Part shown: piece by piece, positions 25,261 through 37,617 of the stretch
Layout of the letters: each line of letters opens with the position of its first letter
Numbering within the stretch: the stretch's first letter is position 1
Assembly (NCBI GenBank): GCA_038087875.1
Contig: CM075993.1
Coordinates: 6,884,001 to 6,948,000, forward strand
Origin: Malacoraja senta
Taxonomy: Eukaryota
Length of the DNA stretch: 64,000 nt
Direction of reading: 5' to 3'
The notes under the pieces: model-generated
The model's input: only the letters and a program-made list of their open reading frames with translations
Databases searched by the model: none
Told to the model about the DNA's origin: nothing
Translations under genes and position numbers: made by a program

Positions 25261-26084
25261 TTGGCCATTCGGCCCATCAAGTCAACTCTGCCATTCAATC
25301 ATAGCTGATCTATCTTTACTTCTCAATCCCATTCTCCTGCCTTCTCCCCATAACCTCTACACCTATTCTAATCATAGAAACGTAGAAAATAGGTGCAGGA
25401 GGAGGCCAGTCGGCCCTTCGAGCCAGCACCGCCATTCATTGCGATCATGGCTGATCGTCCCCAATCAATAACCCGTGCCTGCCTTCTCCCCATATCCCTT
25501 GATTCCTCTAGCCCCTAGAGCTCTATCTAACTCTCTCTTAAATCCATCCAGTGATTTGGCCTCCACTGCCCTCTGTGGCAGGGAATTCAAGAAATGTTGA
25601 ACTCCTCTGGTGAAAGATGTGCCCTGGAGGACATAACTAAGTGCCAGAGTAACTCAGCGGGTCAGGCAGCATTACTGGAGAACATGGATAAGAGACGTTT
25701 CGAGTCGGAACCCTTCTTCAGACTTAGGGGGCGGCTCCGATTTTCTTCCACACTCCAAAGACATACAGATTAGTAGGGTAATTGGCTTTGGTAAATTGTA
25801 AATTGTCCCTCGAGTGTGTAGGATAGTGCTAGAGTGCTGGGATCGCTGGTCAGCACAGATTCGGTGGGCCGAAGGGCCTGTTTCCACGCTGTAACTCGAA
25901 ACTAAACCAAAAATCGAATGGATTGATGTTTAATCTGTTCAATCTGTTGAATTTGTGCAGGTCATCAGTTTTCCATGTGGGGGTGGTGTTCATCAACAAT
26001 ACAGCTGCCTCATGTCCAAAGGAAACATTTGTTTGTCTCTCGGGGACAGAGTTCCAGACACGTGGAACTTCAGATGAATTATAC

Positions 26085-26147
26085 TTGCTGCAAAAAAACA
26101 ATGTATTCTGTTTATCTTCATGAGTATCGTATCATATTTCAACGTAC
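26085..26147 (-). pseudogene. Remnant exon 23
   Basis: tttgtctgcag / gtataa, YVEI*YDTHEDKQNTLFF; a T7 run is the likely site of the single frameshift in the chain. Confidence 0.48.
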
Positions 26148-26192
26148 CTGCAGACAAATAAGTTAATCCCAAAGACAACCACGGATTATTTA

Positions 26193-26645
26193 TGTGTAGG
26201 AAGGAACTGCAGACAGACACAAAATGTTGGAGCAACTCAGCGGGACAGGCAGCATCTCTGGAGAGAAGGAATGGGTGACATTTCGGTTCGAGACTTCTTC
26301 AGACTGGTTAGGGATAAGGGAAACAAGAGATATAGATGATGATATAGAGAGATAAAGAACAATGAATGAAAGATATGCAATAAAGTAACGATGATAAAGG
26401 AAACAGGCCATTGTTAGTGGTTTGTTGGGTGAAAACGAGAAGCTGGTGCAACTTGGGTGGGGGAGGGATAGAGAGAGAGGGAATGCCGGGGCTACCTGAA
26501 GTTAGAGAAATCAATCTTCATACCATTGGGCTGTAAGCTGCCCAAGCGACATATGAGATACTGTTCTTCCAATTTGCGTTTAGCCTCACTCTGACAGTGG
26601 AGGAGACCTTGGACAAAAAGAGGTCTGTGTAGGAATGGGAGGGAG
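26193..26645 (-). mobile_element. Penelope-like element 3' fragment
   Basis: Endonuclease tail, UTR and end motif. Confidence 0.8.
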
Positions 26646-27215
26646 AATAATTCTTGATTTAGTACTTTGATTCATTTATGAAGTGTGTTATAAAAAGCTC
26701 ATCATTTTCTCTTCTGTTAGACAATAGAACTTTGGTAACTTAGGTGTGGTTCAAGGTCAAAGGGGAACAGGCAAAATGAGCGTTTGAATAGTCAAATCTG
26801 GAGGTAACAAAATTATAGATAAAGGTATCAGATAGCTGAGGCAGCGGCAGCTGGATATAGGCAGCAGCAGAGACATGATATTATGGAAGATAGACACATA
26901 AAGCTGGAGTAACTCAGTGGGACAGGCAGCATCTCTGGAGAGAAGGAATGGGTGACGTTTCGGGTCGAGACCCTTCTTCAGACTGGTATTATGGAAGTTT
27001 TCGTCAGACAGATATTATGGAAGTGGAAGTGAATAGTCAGTAATGAAGAGGATTTGAGCTTGAAAGCTCATGGCATGGTCATTCCACAAGGGAAAATAGG
27101 GAGGAGTGGGTCACCAGGCAACTCAAAGCAACCCGTCATACAATATGATCATGGCTGATACATGCTGGCCTAAACTCCTCTGCTGTCCCATTTCTCCACA
27201 TCCCTCAATTACTCG

Positions 27216-27516
27216 GTAGACAAAAGTGCTGGTGAAACTCAGCGTGTGCAGCAGCATCTATGGAGTGAAAGAAATAGGCAACGTTTCGGGCCGAAACCCT
27301 TCTTCAGACTGATGTAGGGTGGGGGGGGGGGGGTGGGGAGAAGAAAGGAAAAAGGAAAAAGGAAGAGGAGGAACCCGAGGGCTGAGGGAGCTGAGAAGGG
27401 GAGGAGACAGCAAGGGCTACCGGAAATTGGTGAATTCAATGTTTATGCCACTAGGGTGCAGACTGCCCAAGCGGAATATGAGGTGCTGTTCCTCCAATTT
27501 CCGGTGGTGCTCACTC
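27216..27516 (-). mobile_element. Penelope-like element 3' fragment
   Basis: HRKLEEQHLIFRLGSLHPSGINIEFTNFR plus end motif. Confidence 0.8.
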
Positions 27517-27808
27517 CCTCAATTCCTCATTCTATCAAATATTTATATATCTCCCCTTGAAATATATCCAATGATCTGGTCTCCACCATGCTCTGGGGCC
27601 GAGAATTCCCAAGATTCACTACCATCTGCTAAGAGATTTTTACTCGTCAAGTCAAGTCAAGTCACGTTTATTTGTCACATACGCATTGATGTGCAGTGAA
27701 ATGAAAAGTGGCAATGGGCAAAAACTCAAAAGGATGCAGGAGGTTTAGAATGTTTTAAATCATCATGTGCCCAGCATTTTTAAAAAGGCACAATGAAAGT
27801 GCGTTTAC

Positions 27809-27873
27809 CTATCACAACAGAGGAAGGAGTCCTTTTCCTTTCTATTTTACAGTGAGATATTGGGGTAATTGTC
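27809..27873 (-). pseudogene. Remnant exon 22
   Basis: tgtgtctaaag / gtaaac, phase 0-2, DNYPNISL*NRKEKDSFLCCDR. Confidence 0.5.
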
Positions 27874-27904
27874 CTTTAGACACACAGTGAAATCTTAACA
27901 AGAG

Positions 27905-28212
27905 GGCTGCACAGTGGTGCAGGGGTAGAATTACTGCCATACAGCACCAGTGACCTGGGTTTGATCCTGACTACGGGCGCTGTCTTTACGGAGTTTGTAC
28001 GTTCTCTCCGTGACCGGCGTGGGTTTTCTCCGAGATCTTAGGTTTCCTCCCACACTCCAAAGATGTACAGGTTTGTAGGTTAATTGGCTTGGGTTTGTAT
28101 ACTTGGTACAAGTGTAAATTGTCTCTAGTGTGTAGGCTTGTGTTAATGTGCAGGGATCGCTGGTTGGTGCGGACCTGGTGGGCTGAAGTTTCCACGCTGT
28201 ATTTCTAAACTA
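27905..28212 (+). mobile_element. V-SINE/HE1-like SINE
   Basis: SINE head and core. Confidence 0.82.
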
Positions 28213-28475
28213 TAAAAAAAAATAAAAAAAATATCAGCTTCTCGCCGGCCTTTCTTTCCTCCAATCAAGATGGTTCCATAAATTTCAATAATCTAGCCTC
28301 CAAAAGTTGGGAAATCAAGATGGTTTGTCGTCCGGTTGTCTGGGACTTTGTTTTCCATGCTTCCTGCGAACACACACCAGGGTCCTGTTCCCATTGCTCT
28401 CTTTAAAAATACCAGGGCTCCGTCGCCAATCTTCCTTTTAAACACTTTCGGTTTTTGTTAGCCTTTTAAACTTAC

Positions 28476-28499
28476 CTGGGTCACGCGAAAATAGAACTT
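28476..28499 (-). pseudogene. Remnant exon 21 (24-nt microexon)
   Basis: atgttcttaag / CAG-gtaagt consensus donor, phase 0-0, KFYFRVTQ. Confidence 0.5.
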
Positions 28500-28519
28500 C
28501 TTAAGAACATGAATTAAAA

Positions 28520-28890
28520 AAGGTAGACAAAAAATGCTGGAGAAACTCAGCAGGTGAGGCAGCATCTATGGAGAGGAGGAATAGGCAACGTTTCAGGTCG
28601 AGACCCTTCTTCGTCGGGGGGGGAAAGAAAGGAAGAGGCAGAGACAGTAGGCTTTGTGGGAGAGCTGGGGAGGGGAAGGAGGGAGAAAGCAAGGGCTATC
28701 TAAAATTTGAGGTCTATGTTCATATCACTGGGGTGTAAACTACCCAAGCGAAATATGAGGTGCTGTTCCTCCAATTTACGCTGGGCCTCACTCTGGCAAT
28801 GGAGGAGGCCCAGGACAGAAAGGTCAGATTGGGAATGGGAGGGGGAGTTGAAGTGCTGAGCCACCGGGAGATCAGGTTGGTTGGTGCGGT
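28520..28890 (-). mobile_element. Penelope-like element 3' fragment
   Basis: VAQHFNSPSHSQSDLSVLGLLHCQSEAQRKLEEQHLIFRLGSLHP. Confidence 0.85.
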
Positions 28891-29036
28891 CATCCGACAA
28901 TCTGGAAGATTAATTTTCCTGGCGCCAACTCCAGCGTCCCAGAGATTTGGATTGTTGGTGTCTTATTGTATTGAGAACTTCGACATCATGCGGGGAACAT
29001 GGAGCCTTGCCTAAGCTGGCAGAAGGTTGGCGTCAC

Positions 29037-29083
29037 CTCACAAATGATCCTCCTGTTTCCACATTAGCCAGCGTCTGTCACAT
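29037..29083 (-). pseudogene. Remnant exon 20
   Basis: cttcttccatag / gtgacg, phase 1-0, DVTDAG*CGNRRIICE. Confidence 0.5.
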
Positions 29084-29553
29084 CTATGGAAGAAGCTGTG
29101 ACTTCAGACTTTAGAGATACAGAGTGGAAACAGGCCCTTTAGCCTGACCAGCAATCAGCACCTACACTAATGCTATTCTACACACTAGGGACAATTTACA
29201 ATTTTATCAAAGCCAATTAACCTACATACCTGCACGTCCTTGAAGTTTTTGAGGAAACCAGAGCACCCAGAGAAAACCCATGCAGTCACAGGGAGAACGT
29301 GCAAATACCATCTCGACAGCACCTGTAGTCAGCATCGAACCCAGGTCGCTGGCATTGTTAGGCAGCAACTCTACCACTGTGCCACCCTGTGGTTCATTCA
29401 TTAACCTCATTAGCTGCCTCAGAACCGACATATGCAAAATGAAAGCTAATCAGTCCTGAGGAACTCAAGAAGAAGAAAACCTCCATTAAAACATTTCAAC
29501 TAATGCTGAAATCTTGAGTGATAGCAAGAGGAAATGTTAACTTTTTGCAATAC

Positions 29554-29595
29554 CAATAACACGAAGAATGAAGTAACTTTCCCTGAAAAGCTTTC
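29554..29595 (-). pseudogene. Remnant exon 19
   Basis: ttcagcctag / gtattg, phase 1-1, GKLFRESYFILRVI; boundaries uncertain. Confidence 0.4.
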
Positions 29596-29737
29596 CTAGG
29601 CTGAATATTGCAGGAACACAGTGGTCAAAGCAAAATATCATTCTATTCAAATGGACATGGTTGTGCAGATGCATTATATGTATGCATGCTTGTATGTGAG
29701 AATGTATCTGTGAATTGAATGTACACATGCATTATTA

Positions 29738-30476
29738 TATTATTATTCTTACAGTCAAAATTATTAAAATTAGAAGATTTGGTTGCATTTAAAACAGCAC
29801 AGATAATGTTTAGGGCCAAAAATAAAAACTTACCTGGAAATATACAAAAATTATTTAATGTGCGAGTGGGGGGTTATAATGTAAGAAGAATATTTAATTT
29901 TAAGGTACAAAGAGTCCGCACGACCAGAAAAACTTTTTGTATTTCGGTCTGTGGAGTAGGATTGTGGAACAGTTTGAATGTGGAATTAAAGCAATGTCCA
30001 AATATGAACCAGATCAAAATGACATACAAAAAACTTTTTTTCACAAGGTACAGGGATGAAGGGGATGGTTGACAAACAGCGGTTAATGTTTATTTATTAT
30101 TTATTTATGTCTTTTGGTTACTTCATACATATTACTTGTATGTGTATATCAGTTGTATGTATATATATGGCTGTATGTATCTCTAAAAATTGTCTGGGGT
30201 ATTATTATTATTAATTAATTAATTATTAAATATGGAAGAAGGGTTTAGGGAGAAGGGGTGAGATTAAATAAGTTATTCTTCTTCTCACTCCTTTTCGAGC
30301 TTGTAAAGAAAAAGTGTTGGACATTTAAATTTTGCAGTATGCTTTTCATTGCTTTGCAAATATTGCCTGGAATGTCCAATGTTTGACTATTTCGATTTTG
30401 TTGTTGTTATTTATTCCTATTTATGTCTTTACTTGTTCGGAACAAATAAATAAATAAATAAATAAATAAAATAAAT
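29738..30476 (+). mobile_element. Crack/Daphne-like (L2 group) LINE 3' end
   Basis: Open LFLQSKLLKLEDLVAFKTAQIMF...ISVCGVGLWNSL...; AT-rich UTR; (TAAA)n tail. Confidence 0.75.
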
Positions 30477-30574
30477 ATAATGTGTTTGTGCATTTATGCA
30501 TAAATCTATCCATGCACATTCGTGTTCATCTAAGGCTGTGTGTGTTTATGCTCATGTGTGATAACTTTTCCTAC

Positions 30575-30623
30575 CTCGCATTGTGGAGGTTAATAATGAT
30601 TTAAAGATACAAAATGGATGCCG
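30575..30623 (-). pseudogene. Remnant exon 18
   Basis: cttagtttcag / gtagga, phase 0-1, RHPFCIFKSLLTSTMR; the only open frame of the three. Confidence 0.58.
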
Positions 30624-30687
30624 CTGAAACTAAGACAGGCTTTCACCGTCTTCTATTAAATTGCAAAGCTAGCAAAAAAGCACTAAC

Positions 30688-30784
30688 CTTTGCTTTCAGT
30701 ACATTAACAAAGCTAGCAGACTGTTGATGTTCCATTTCCAATAACATAAGTGAGATAACAAGCACAGCTTCATGAATGTCTCCT
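30688..30784 (-). pseudogene. Remnant exon 17
   Basis: tttacattgtag / gttagt, phase 2-0, GDIHEAVLVISLMLLEMEHQQSASFVNVLKAK, open. Confidence 0.65.
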
Positions 30785-30928
30785 CTACAATGTAAACATT
30801 GAGAGAGAATTCAGACTATAAGATTATAATGTGCGTCATAAGTAGAAAAAAACAAAACGCTTGTTCTGCAGAAATATAACCTTCTCATAAAACCATATAT
30901 GGCTAAACCCTTCCTCTGTCAGAAGAAC

Positions 30929-30980
30929 CTGTCAATCTTAAGAAGCTGTCAATCTTAAGAAGCTGTCAATCTTAAGAAGC
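30929..30980. repeat. 17-bp tandem repeat, 3 copies
   Basis: (CTGTCAATCTTAAGAAG)3, perfect. Confidence 0.95.
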
Positions 30981-31287
30981 AAGAGGCTGTAATATGATCT
31001 GTAGATAAGGTATTGCTGAATCGTTGGTTATTGGAGTATATATATGTAATTAGATCACTGCCCCTTTGTGTGGGGATGAGAACTCAGTATAGTCTGTAAT
31101 CTGCATACTGTTAAGAGTTTTACCACACCCACCTGGCGAACGATTGTACTGCTTGATCACTGATTATATTTGCATTCTAAGAATACTGAACCACAACAGC
31201 ATCACTTCTTTGGTCAGAAAGAATCAACACAGATGATAAAGATTTGGAGTCTACATTTCATATTCAAATCCCATTGCTCCCTTTTAG

Positions 31288-31632
31288 AGATAGAGTCATA
31301 GAGTGATACAGTGTGGAAACAAGCCCTTCAGCCCAACTTGCCCACATCAGCCAGCTACACTAGTCCCATCTGCCTGCCCTTGGTCCATATCCCTCCAAAC
31401 TCATCCTATCCGTGTACCTGTCAAACTGTTTCTTAAATGTTGGGATAGTCCCAGCCCCAACGACCTCCTCTGGCAGCTTGATCCATACACCCACCACCCT
31501 TCGTGTGAAAAAGTTACCCCTCAGATTCCTATTAAATCTTTTCCCCTTCACCTTAAACCTATGTCCTCTGGTCCTCGATTCCCCTACTCTGGGCAAGAGA
31601 CTCTGTGCATCTACCCGATCTATTCCTCTCAT
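31288..31632 (-). mobile_element. CR1-clade LINE 3' end (second family)
   Basis: MRGIDRVDAQSLLPRVGESRTRGHRFKV...GYGPRAGRWD. Confidence 0.88.
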
Positions 31633-34225
31633 GAGTTTGTAAATAGTCCCCAGTGTGTATTTCAGTGTTTCAGTTTGTATAAAGGAAGAACTATTAATGT
31701 ACTTGCTTCCTTATGTTTTCTTCTTCCCACCCCACCCCCCCCACCCCCACATCAGTCTGAAGAAGGGTCTCGACCCGAAACGTCACTTATTTCTTCGCTC
31801 CATAGATGCTGCCTCACCCGCTGAGTTTTTCCAGCATTTTTATCTACCTTCGATTTTTCCAGCATCTGCAGTTCCTCTTAAACAATGCTTCCTTATGTTG
31901 ATGCCCCTATAGCAGCAAGCTGCAGTGCATGACAGTCGAGAAGGACCTCAGGGATATCACATTTTAACACCAGAATGTATGATCGTGAGAGGAATTAGAG
32001 TGATTTCACAAGGTTCAGTTACATTCTCACAAGATGCGTTTTGAGGTCATTTATTACACACTGAATTGCCCTCAAGAATCTGATGGTGAACTGGTGCTCT
32101 AATCACAATGGCTGGACACTCAAGTTTCTATTCAGTGTGTTTTAGCTTTTCATTTTTTAGAGATGCAGCTTTGGAAACAGGCCCATTTGGCCAACCGAGT
32201 ACGTGCCAACCAGCGATCCCCATACACTATTTCTATTCTACACACTAGGGACAATTTATAATTTTAACCAAAGCCAATTAACTTACAAACCTGCACATCT
32301 TTGGTGGGTGGGAGGAAGCCAGAGCACCGGTAGAAAACCCACGTGGTCACAAGGTGAACGTTCAAACTTCGTACAGATAGGCAGCTGTAATGAAGAAGGG
32401 TCTCGACCCGAAACGTCACCCATTCCTTCACTCCAGAGATGCCGCCTGTCCCGTTGAGTTACTCCAGCCTTTTGTGTCTTTCACCCGTACTCAGGATCAA
32501 ATCTGGGTCTCTGGCGCTGCAATGCAGTAACTCTACCGCTGCACCACTGTCCTGCCCTAATGCTATTGATAATAGGTGGTTCAACAACAATAATTCCATT
32601 GAACATCAAGAGAAGCAGTCAGACCTCTTCGTGGAGAAGGCCAGTGCCTGCTAATTTATCATGTAGATACACTAGAATAACATAGCTAGGAATGCATTCA
32701 GATTTCGAAATCTTTGGCACTACTTCTGGGAATGTTGTCAAGGTCATAGCTTGATGTATCCTATGCATAGCCACCTGTTGATTTTGTGCAGTGTATCAAA
32801 TTGCCTAAAGACTGGCTTCTTGGGACTTTGGGGCAAGGTCAAGATGGATCCCTCATTCAGAAAATTGTTTGGTTACAAATCCTTCGACCATATCTCCAGG
32901 AATTGTGTTCTGGACTTTGTGACTGTGAAAACGAGGTCGTTCACGGAATCTATCCATGCATTGGTAATTGAATTATCTACAGCGATTTAACATGGAGAGC
33001 TTTGAACTGATCAGCAGGTAATGTGATTAGTTGGCCCTGTTTATAAAATGCTGCCTCCATGGTCAAGCATGCTGTAACTTATCCAGGTTGGCGTCTTATG
33101 TTCTAATGGCATTCTCATTTATATTTCCGATTGAGCGCAGAGTAGGCTGAATGGCAGTGGAGGGATTGGGGGTTAGAGTCAAAGGCTGGAAGCTGATATG
33201 TGGAACTGATAAAGGAAGGACAATGAAAGCAGATGGGGAGGGTAGAGGAAAGGTGAACCAAGGGAGAAGAACCCCAGGTGGGTATCACCTGTACAGGTGA
33301 TGGGCAGATGGGATCCAGGTGAGGAGGGGTAACAAACCTAGGTAACTGCTAGGGCAGGGAGATTGGAAAAGGTGAACAAAGGGAGAGAGAACCTAAGTGG
33401 ACCATTAGGAGTGGGAAAAGTACTCTGGGGTGTGGATTGCCTGAAGCTTACCTGAAACATCAGCCATTCCTTGGCCTCCACAGATGCTGCTTCACCCACT
33501 TAGTTCCACCAGCAGTTTGTTCTTTTGTAACCAACATAATGTTTCTTTGTACATGAATGGCCTTTTGCCATAAAACTTCAAAAGGGGTTTGTTGAGAACG
33601 CCATAATTAATGTCAATCTTCATCAAGATGGCGATACCATCACATTAGATGATAGTTGTCATGGGTTTTAGGGTGGTATCAGCGTGAGTTGCATAATTAC
33701 CACATGTGTAGCAAAAGCTCAACATTTCCATTTACACCTATAAACCCATACATAATCTAATCTGTGTTTTACTCTTAAAAGTTCTTTGTGTGCTTTTATG
33801 CTTCATTGCATTTCTCTTATTCTGCATTTGTAGATTGTAACATTGAATTTAAAAATGTGCCTGGAATTATTTTTCTTGGCATCAATATCAGCTAAACACC
33901 CTTACAGCAGTCACAGATACAGTATTGCACACGGCATTCAGTTTAGTTTTGTTTAGTTTAGAGATACAGCGCGGAAACAGGCCCTTGGGCTAAGCGGCGC
34001 GGGTCCCATCGGCGCCGGTGGCTCGAGGCCGAGTTTGGAGACCGCAGTGGGCGAGCCGGGCCTACCGGGCGGGTCTTTGGTCCTTAGTGAGCAAGTCCTT
34101 GGTCGTGCAACGAACGAGCCAGGCCTGCTGGTGGGCCTGGCCACGACTTGCCGGGATACTGCCAGTGCATGGCTTGTTTTGATTTTTGTTTGAGAGTTTC
34201 TATTATTGTTCTGGTCAATGTCTAC

Positions 34226-34414
34226 CCTTGAAAGAGCATCTCTAAAACAAATGGTCTGGTGATCACCACATTCAATTTTGGGGAAGCACATTTGTGTCCA
34301 AAGGTGGCCATTACATGTTCTATACACAAGACCGGATGTGTTTCAAAATGGCCACAGATCATTTCAGAGATGTCTTGAGTTGAAAGGTTCTTCACAAATG
34401 CAAGACTCCCTGTC
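34226..34414 (-). pseudogene. Remnant exon 16
   Basis: cttctcttgttaag / gtagac, phase 2-2, open 62 codons TGSLAFVKNLSTQDISEMICGHFETHPVLCIEHVMATFGHKCASPKLNVVITRPFVLEMLFQG. Confidence 0.68.
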
Positions 34415-34634
34415 CTTAACAAGAGAAGTGACCACACAAGTAGTGACTGTGCTGTAATTATCCCGTCTAGGAGGAAAAGAACGGATAAATGAAGGTGCTG
34501 TGTAATTTATAATAAATCAACGAATGACACTTTGATATCAGCATCTTAATAGAAGAGATAATTTGAAAATGCTTCAAATTCAGAAATGCCAGCGGAATCC
34601 AAAGAACTGCTAATGGCTTCATGAGAAAGGTTAC

Positions 34635-34705
34635 ATTTTGACATGCTTGCCTTTCTTCCGAATATGGTTTAAGATGACATAACAATACTTCCCTTTTATT
34701 CATCT
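34635..34705 (-). pseudogene. Remnant exon 15
   Basis: atttaattag / gtaacc, phase 0-2, R*IKGKYCYVILNHIRKKGKHVKM. Confidence 0.55.
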
Positions 34706-35448
34706 CTAATTAAATTTTATCAGTATCTGCCTCACGGTACCAATGGAGAAAGCTCATGCTACTGCCTAACAGAGTGAACCGACAAGCCTGTTCCCAACCT
34801 GTACTGAAAAGGTCAGCTGATAGTATGAATTAATGTGAGCATAATGAAAGAATGTAAATTTATGTTTGACAATGACATTTAAAAAAAATTATGCTCAAAA
34901 CTTTGAGACTATTAGCATTCAAAGCCTAGAGAAAAACAATGTTCATTAACTTGCTGTTATCCAACAAGAGATATCAGTTAGCATTCAGTGACAACACTGT
35001 TGCTTTTAAGATGAAAGGTTGAGGATTCAAGTACCACCATGAGATTGCAGTCATAATTTAGCTCCGAGGATAATTTATCTTGGACGAGATAGTAAATCAG
35101 CCGTGTATCTTTCCTTACCACAAATGTCTCTGATTCACTATGGCAATGCTGGCTTCATCCTATCAGAGATATTCTCGTTATCCATCCCTCCACCCTCTCT
35201 GCCAACTTAAAACAAGCTTGTTTTCTCACTTTGCAAGTTCTGATTGTAGACCTCTGACGAAATAGTAACCCATTTTCTCTTTGCATAGATGTTGCCCGAC
35301 TTCCTGAGTCTTTCCTGCATCTTGTATTTTTAATACCATAATTCAGGCTCCGTCCATCTTTTCTGGAGGACTCCACACAATGCTATTTATAGAATTGGTC
35401 TGGACAAAATGCATACTTCCATTCATCCACCTGCAATATTTGATCATT

Positions 35449-35627
35449 TAAGGGCCTGTCCCACGTACGCGACCTTTACAGGCGACTGCTGGCACCCGGG
35501 ATAGGTCGCCAAAATTTTCAACATTGACATTTCAGCGGCGACCAAAAAGACGCTACGACTCTTTGGAGACATCTCACGACCATAGGAGACCTCTCACGAC
35601 CATAGGAGACCTCTCACGACCATACAG
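35449..35627. mobile_element. Partial MITE with an internal 20-bp tandem repeat
   Basis: Starts TAAGGGCCTGTCCCAC; (GAGACCTCTCACGACCATAG) about 3 copies at 35565-35624. Confidence 0.7.
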
Positions 35628-36377
35628 CCTGTATTTACTTTGCTTGGATGGGATTGAAAAAGAGGACATTTGATGTCAACAAAGAGAGGCCTGCTCTGAA
35701 TTCCCAGTCAGTGCACACTCTATGGTGCTGAGGTTCAAATGCTCACAAGCATTGTCGATTTATAGAGTCAATCATTCATGTCCAAGTACAGAGCCCTTTG
35801 CCACAATTTAGATGGATGGAGATGCAGCAAGTTACCATTGGAATCATAGAGTTGTACAACAAAGAAACAGGTTCTTTGGCCCACCAAGTCCATGCCATCT
35901 TGCCCTTCTTTACTAATGCCACTTGTCTGCATTAAGTGGCTATTTAAGTGCCTGTCTAAATGACTCTGAAACATAGTGACTGTATCTGACTTCACTTTAG
36001 TAACAAGTTTCAGAAATCAACCATTCTCTGTATTTGTATGGACATTGAATGAAATAAAAGAGCACGGCCTTTAGTGGCCTAATCGTCCAGTTAGGCTTGT
36101 TTCTGAGACCCATTCACACAACAGATCAAATACATTCTCTACTACAACGCTTTCTCCGGCAACCCTTTTTTAAGTCAAGTGAAGTCAAGTCAAATGTATT
36201 ATTGTATGCATGGGTACAGTGATGTACAGTAGAATGAAAATCTTCTGTGCAGCAAAATTATTGGTGCCTAAACCAAGACAACAGACAAAAATAAAATGAC
36301 ACCTACATTTCAAAAGACAGAGAAAAGAAAAAGAATTTGCAATGACATGACATCATTGCATCATTACATCACAGATA

Positions 36378-37335
36378 AACTTTACTCCCTGTACACCCAC
36401 GACTGCGCAGCCATGTACAAATCTTATTCAATTTTCAAATTCGCTGACGACACCACCGTTGTGGGCCGGATATCAAATAATGATGAGACGGAGTACAGGA
36501 AGGAGATCGAGAACCTCGTGTCCTGATGTCGAGACAACAACCTTTCTCTCAACGTCAGCAAGACAAAGGAGATAGTGATCGACTTCAGGAAGCAAAGCGG
36601 TGCACACACCCCAGTTTGCATTGATGGTGCCGAGGTAGAGATGGTTGAAAACTTCTAATTCCTCTGAGTCAATATCACCAGCAACTTCTCCTGGACCAGC
36701 AACGACCAAGAACGCTCACCAATGCCTCTACTTCCTTAGAAGGTTTAAGAAGTTTGGCAACTACAACTCTCACCAACTTCTACAGATTCACTGTAGAAAG
36801 CATTTCATCAGGATGCATCACAGCTTGGTTTGGGAACAGCTCCATCCAGGACCGCAAGAAATTGCAGCAAATTGTGGCCGCAGCCCAGGCCATCACAGCA
36901 ACCAACCTCCCTTCTAGCGATTCCATTTATACTTCACGCTGCCTCGGCAAGGCCAGCAGCATAATCCAGGACGAGTCGCACCCTGGCCACTCCCTCTTCT
37001 CCCCTCTCCCATCAGGCAAAAGGTACAGAAGTGTGAAAACGCACGCCACCAGATTCAGGGACAGTTTCTTCCCAGCTGTTATCAGGCATCTGAATCATTC
37101 TACCACAACCAGAGAACAGTGCTGAACTACTTTCTAACTCTTTGATGTCCCTCAGACTATCGTTGCCTAGACTTTGCTGGTTTTACCTTGCACAAAATGT
37201 TATTCCCTTATCATGTATCTATACACTGTAAATGGATTGATTGTAATCATGTGTTGTCTTTCCGCTGACTGGTTGGCACACAACAAAAATCTTTTCACTG
37301 TACCTTGGTACACGTGACAATAAACTAAACTGAAA
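36378..37335 (+). mobile_element. Rex1/Babar-clade LINE 3' portion
   Basis: LYSLYTHDC...FKFADDTTVVGRISNNDETEYRKEI RT motif; SLFSPLPSGKRYRS...RFRDSFFP; tail GACAATAAACTAAAC. Confidence 0.9.
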
Positions 37336-37547
37336 CAAGTTCATGGTAGTGCAGGAGATGGCCTGTAGTGTCTTGTTGCTAAAATAGGATTAGAGTTGTG
37401 CAAAGGGAGACATAAATGCTGGAGAAACTCAGCGGGTGAGGCAGCATCTATGGAGCGAAGAAATAGGTGACGTTTCGGGTCGAGACCCTTCTTTAAATAA
37501 AGAGTAAATTCTTGTAAATTAAGGTGGCATATCTGTCAAAAGTGTAC

Positions 37548-37617
37548 CTGTGGAAAAGGCAAAGTATAAAACCAGTTAACGCAAGAGATGTGTGTGTGCC
37601 ATGTGGATGAATGTCTC
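37548..37617 (-). pseudogene. Remnant exon 14
   Basis: attttacatcaag / gtacac, phase 2-0, RHSSTWHTHISCVNWFYTLPFPQ, open. Confidence 0.5.

Noticed and set aside
25961..26077. Plus-strand VISFPCGGG peptide resembling the paracaspase IRFPCG
   Set aside because: Similarity is limited to four residues, with no donor site or downstream match.
30929..30980. CRISPR-like array
   Set aside because: Contiguous tandem units without spacers, in a vertebrate context; the same applies to 35565-35624.
32792..32963. Plus-strand exon-like segment with AG/GT ends and two open frames
   Set aside because: The - strand here resembles the decayed LINE motif KAMGPDNIP...; no partner exons on the + strand.
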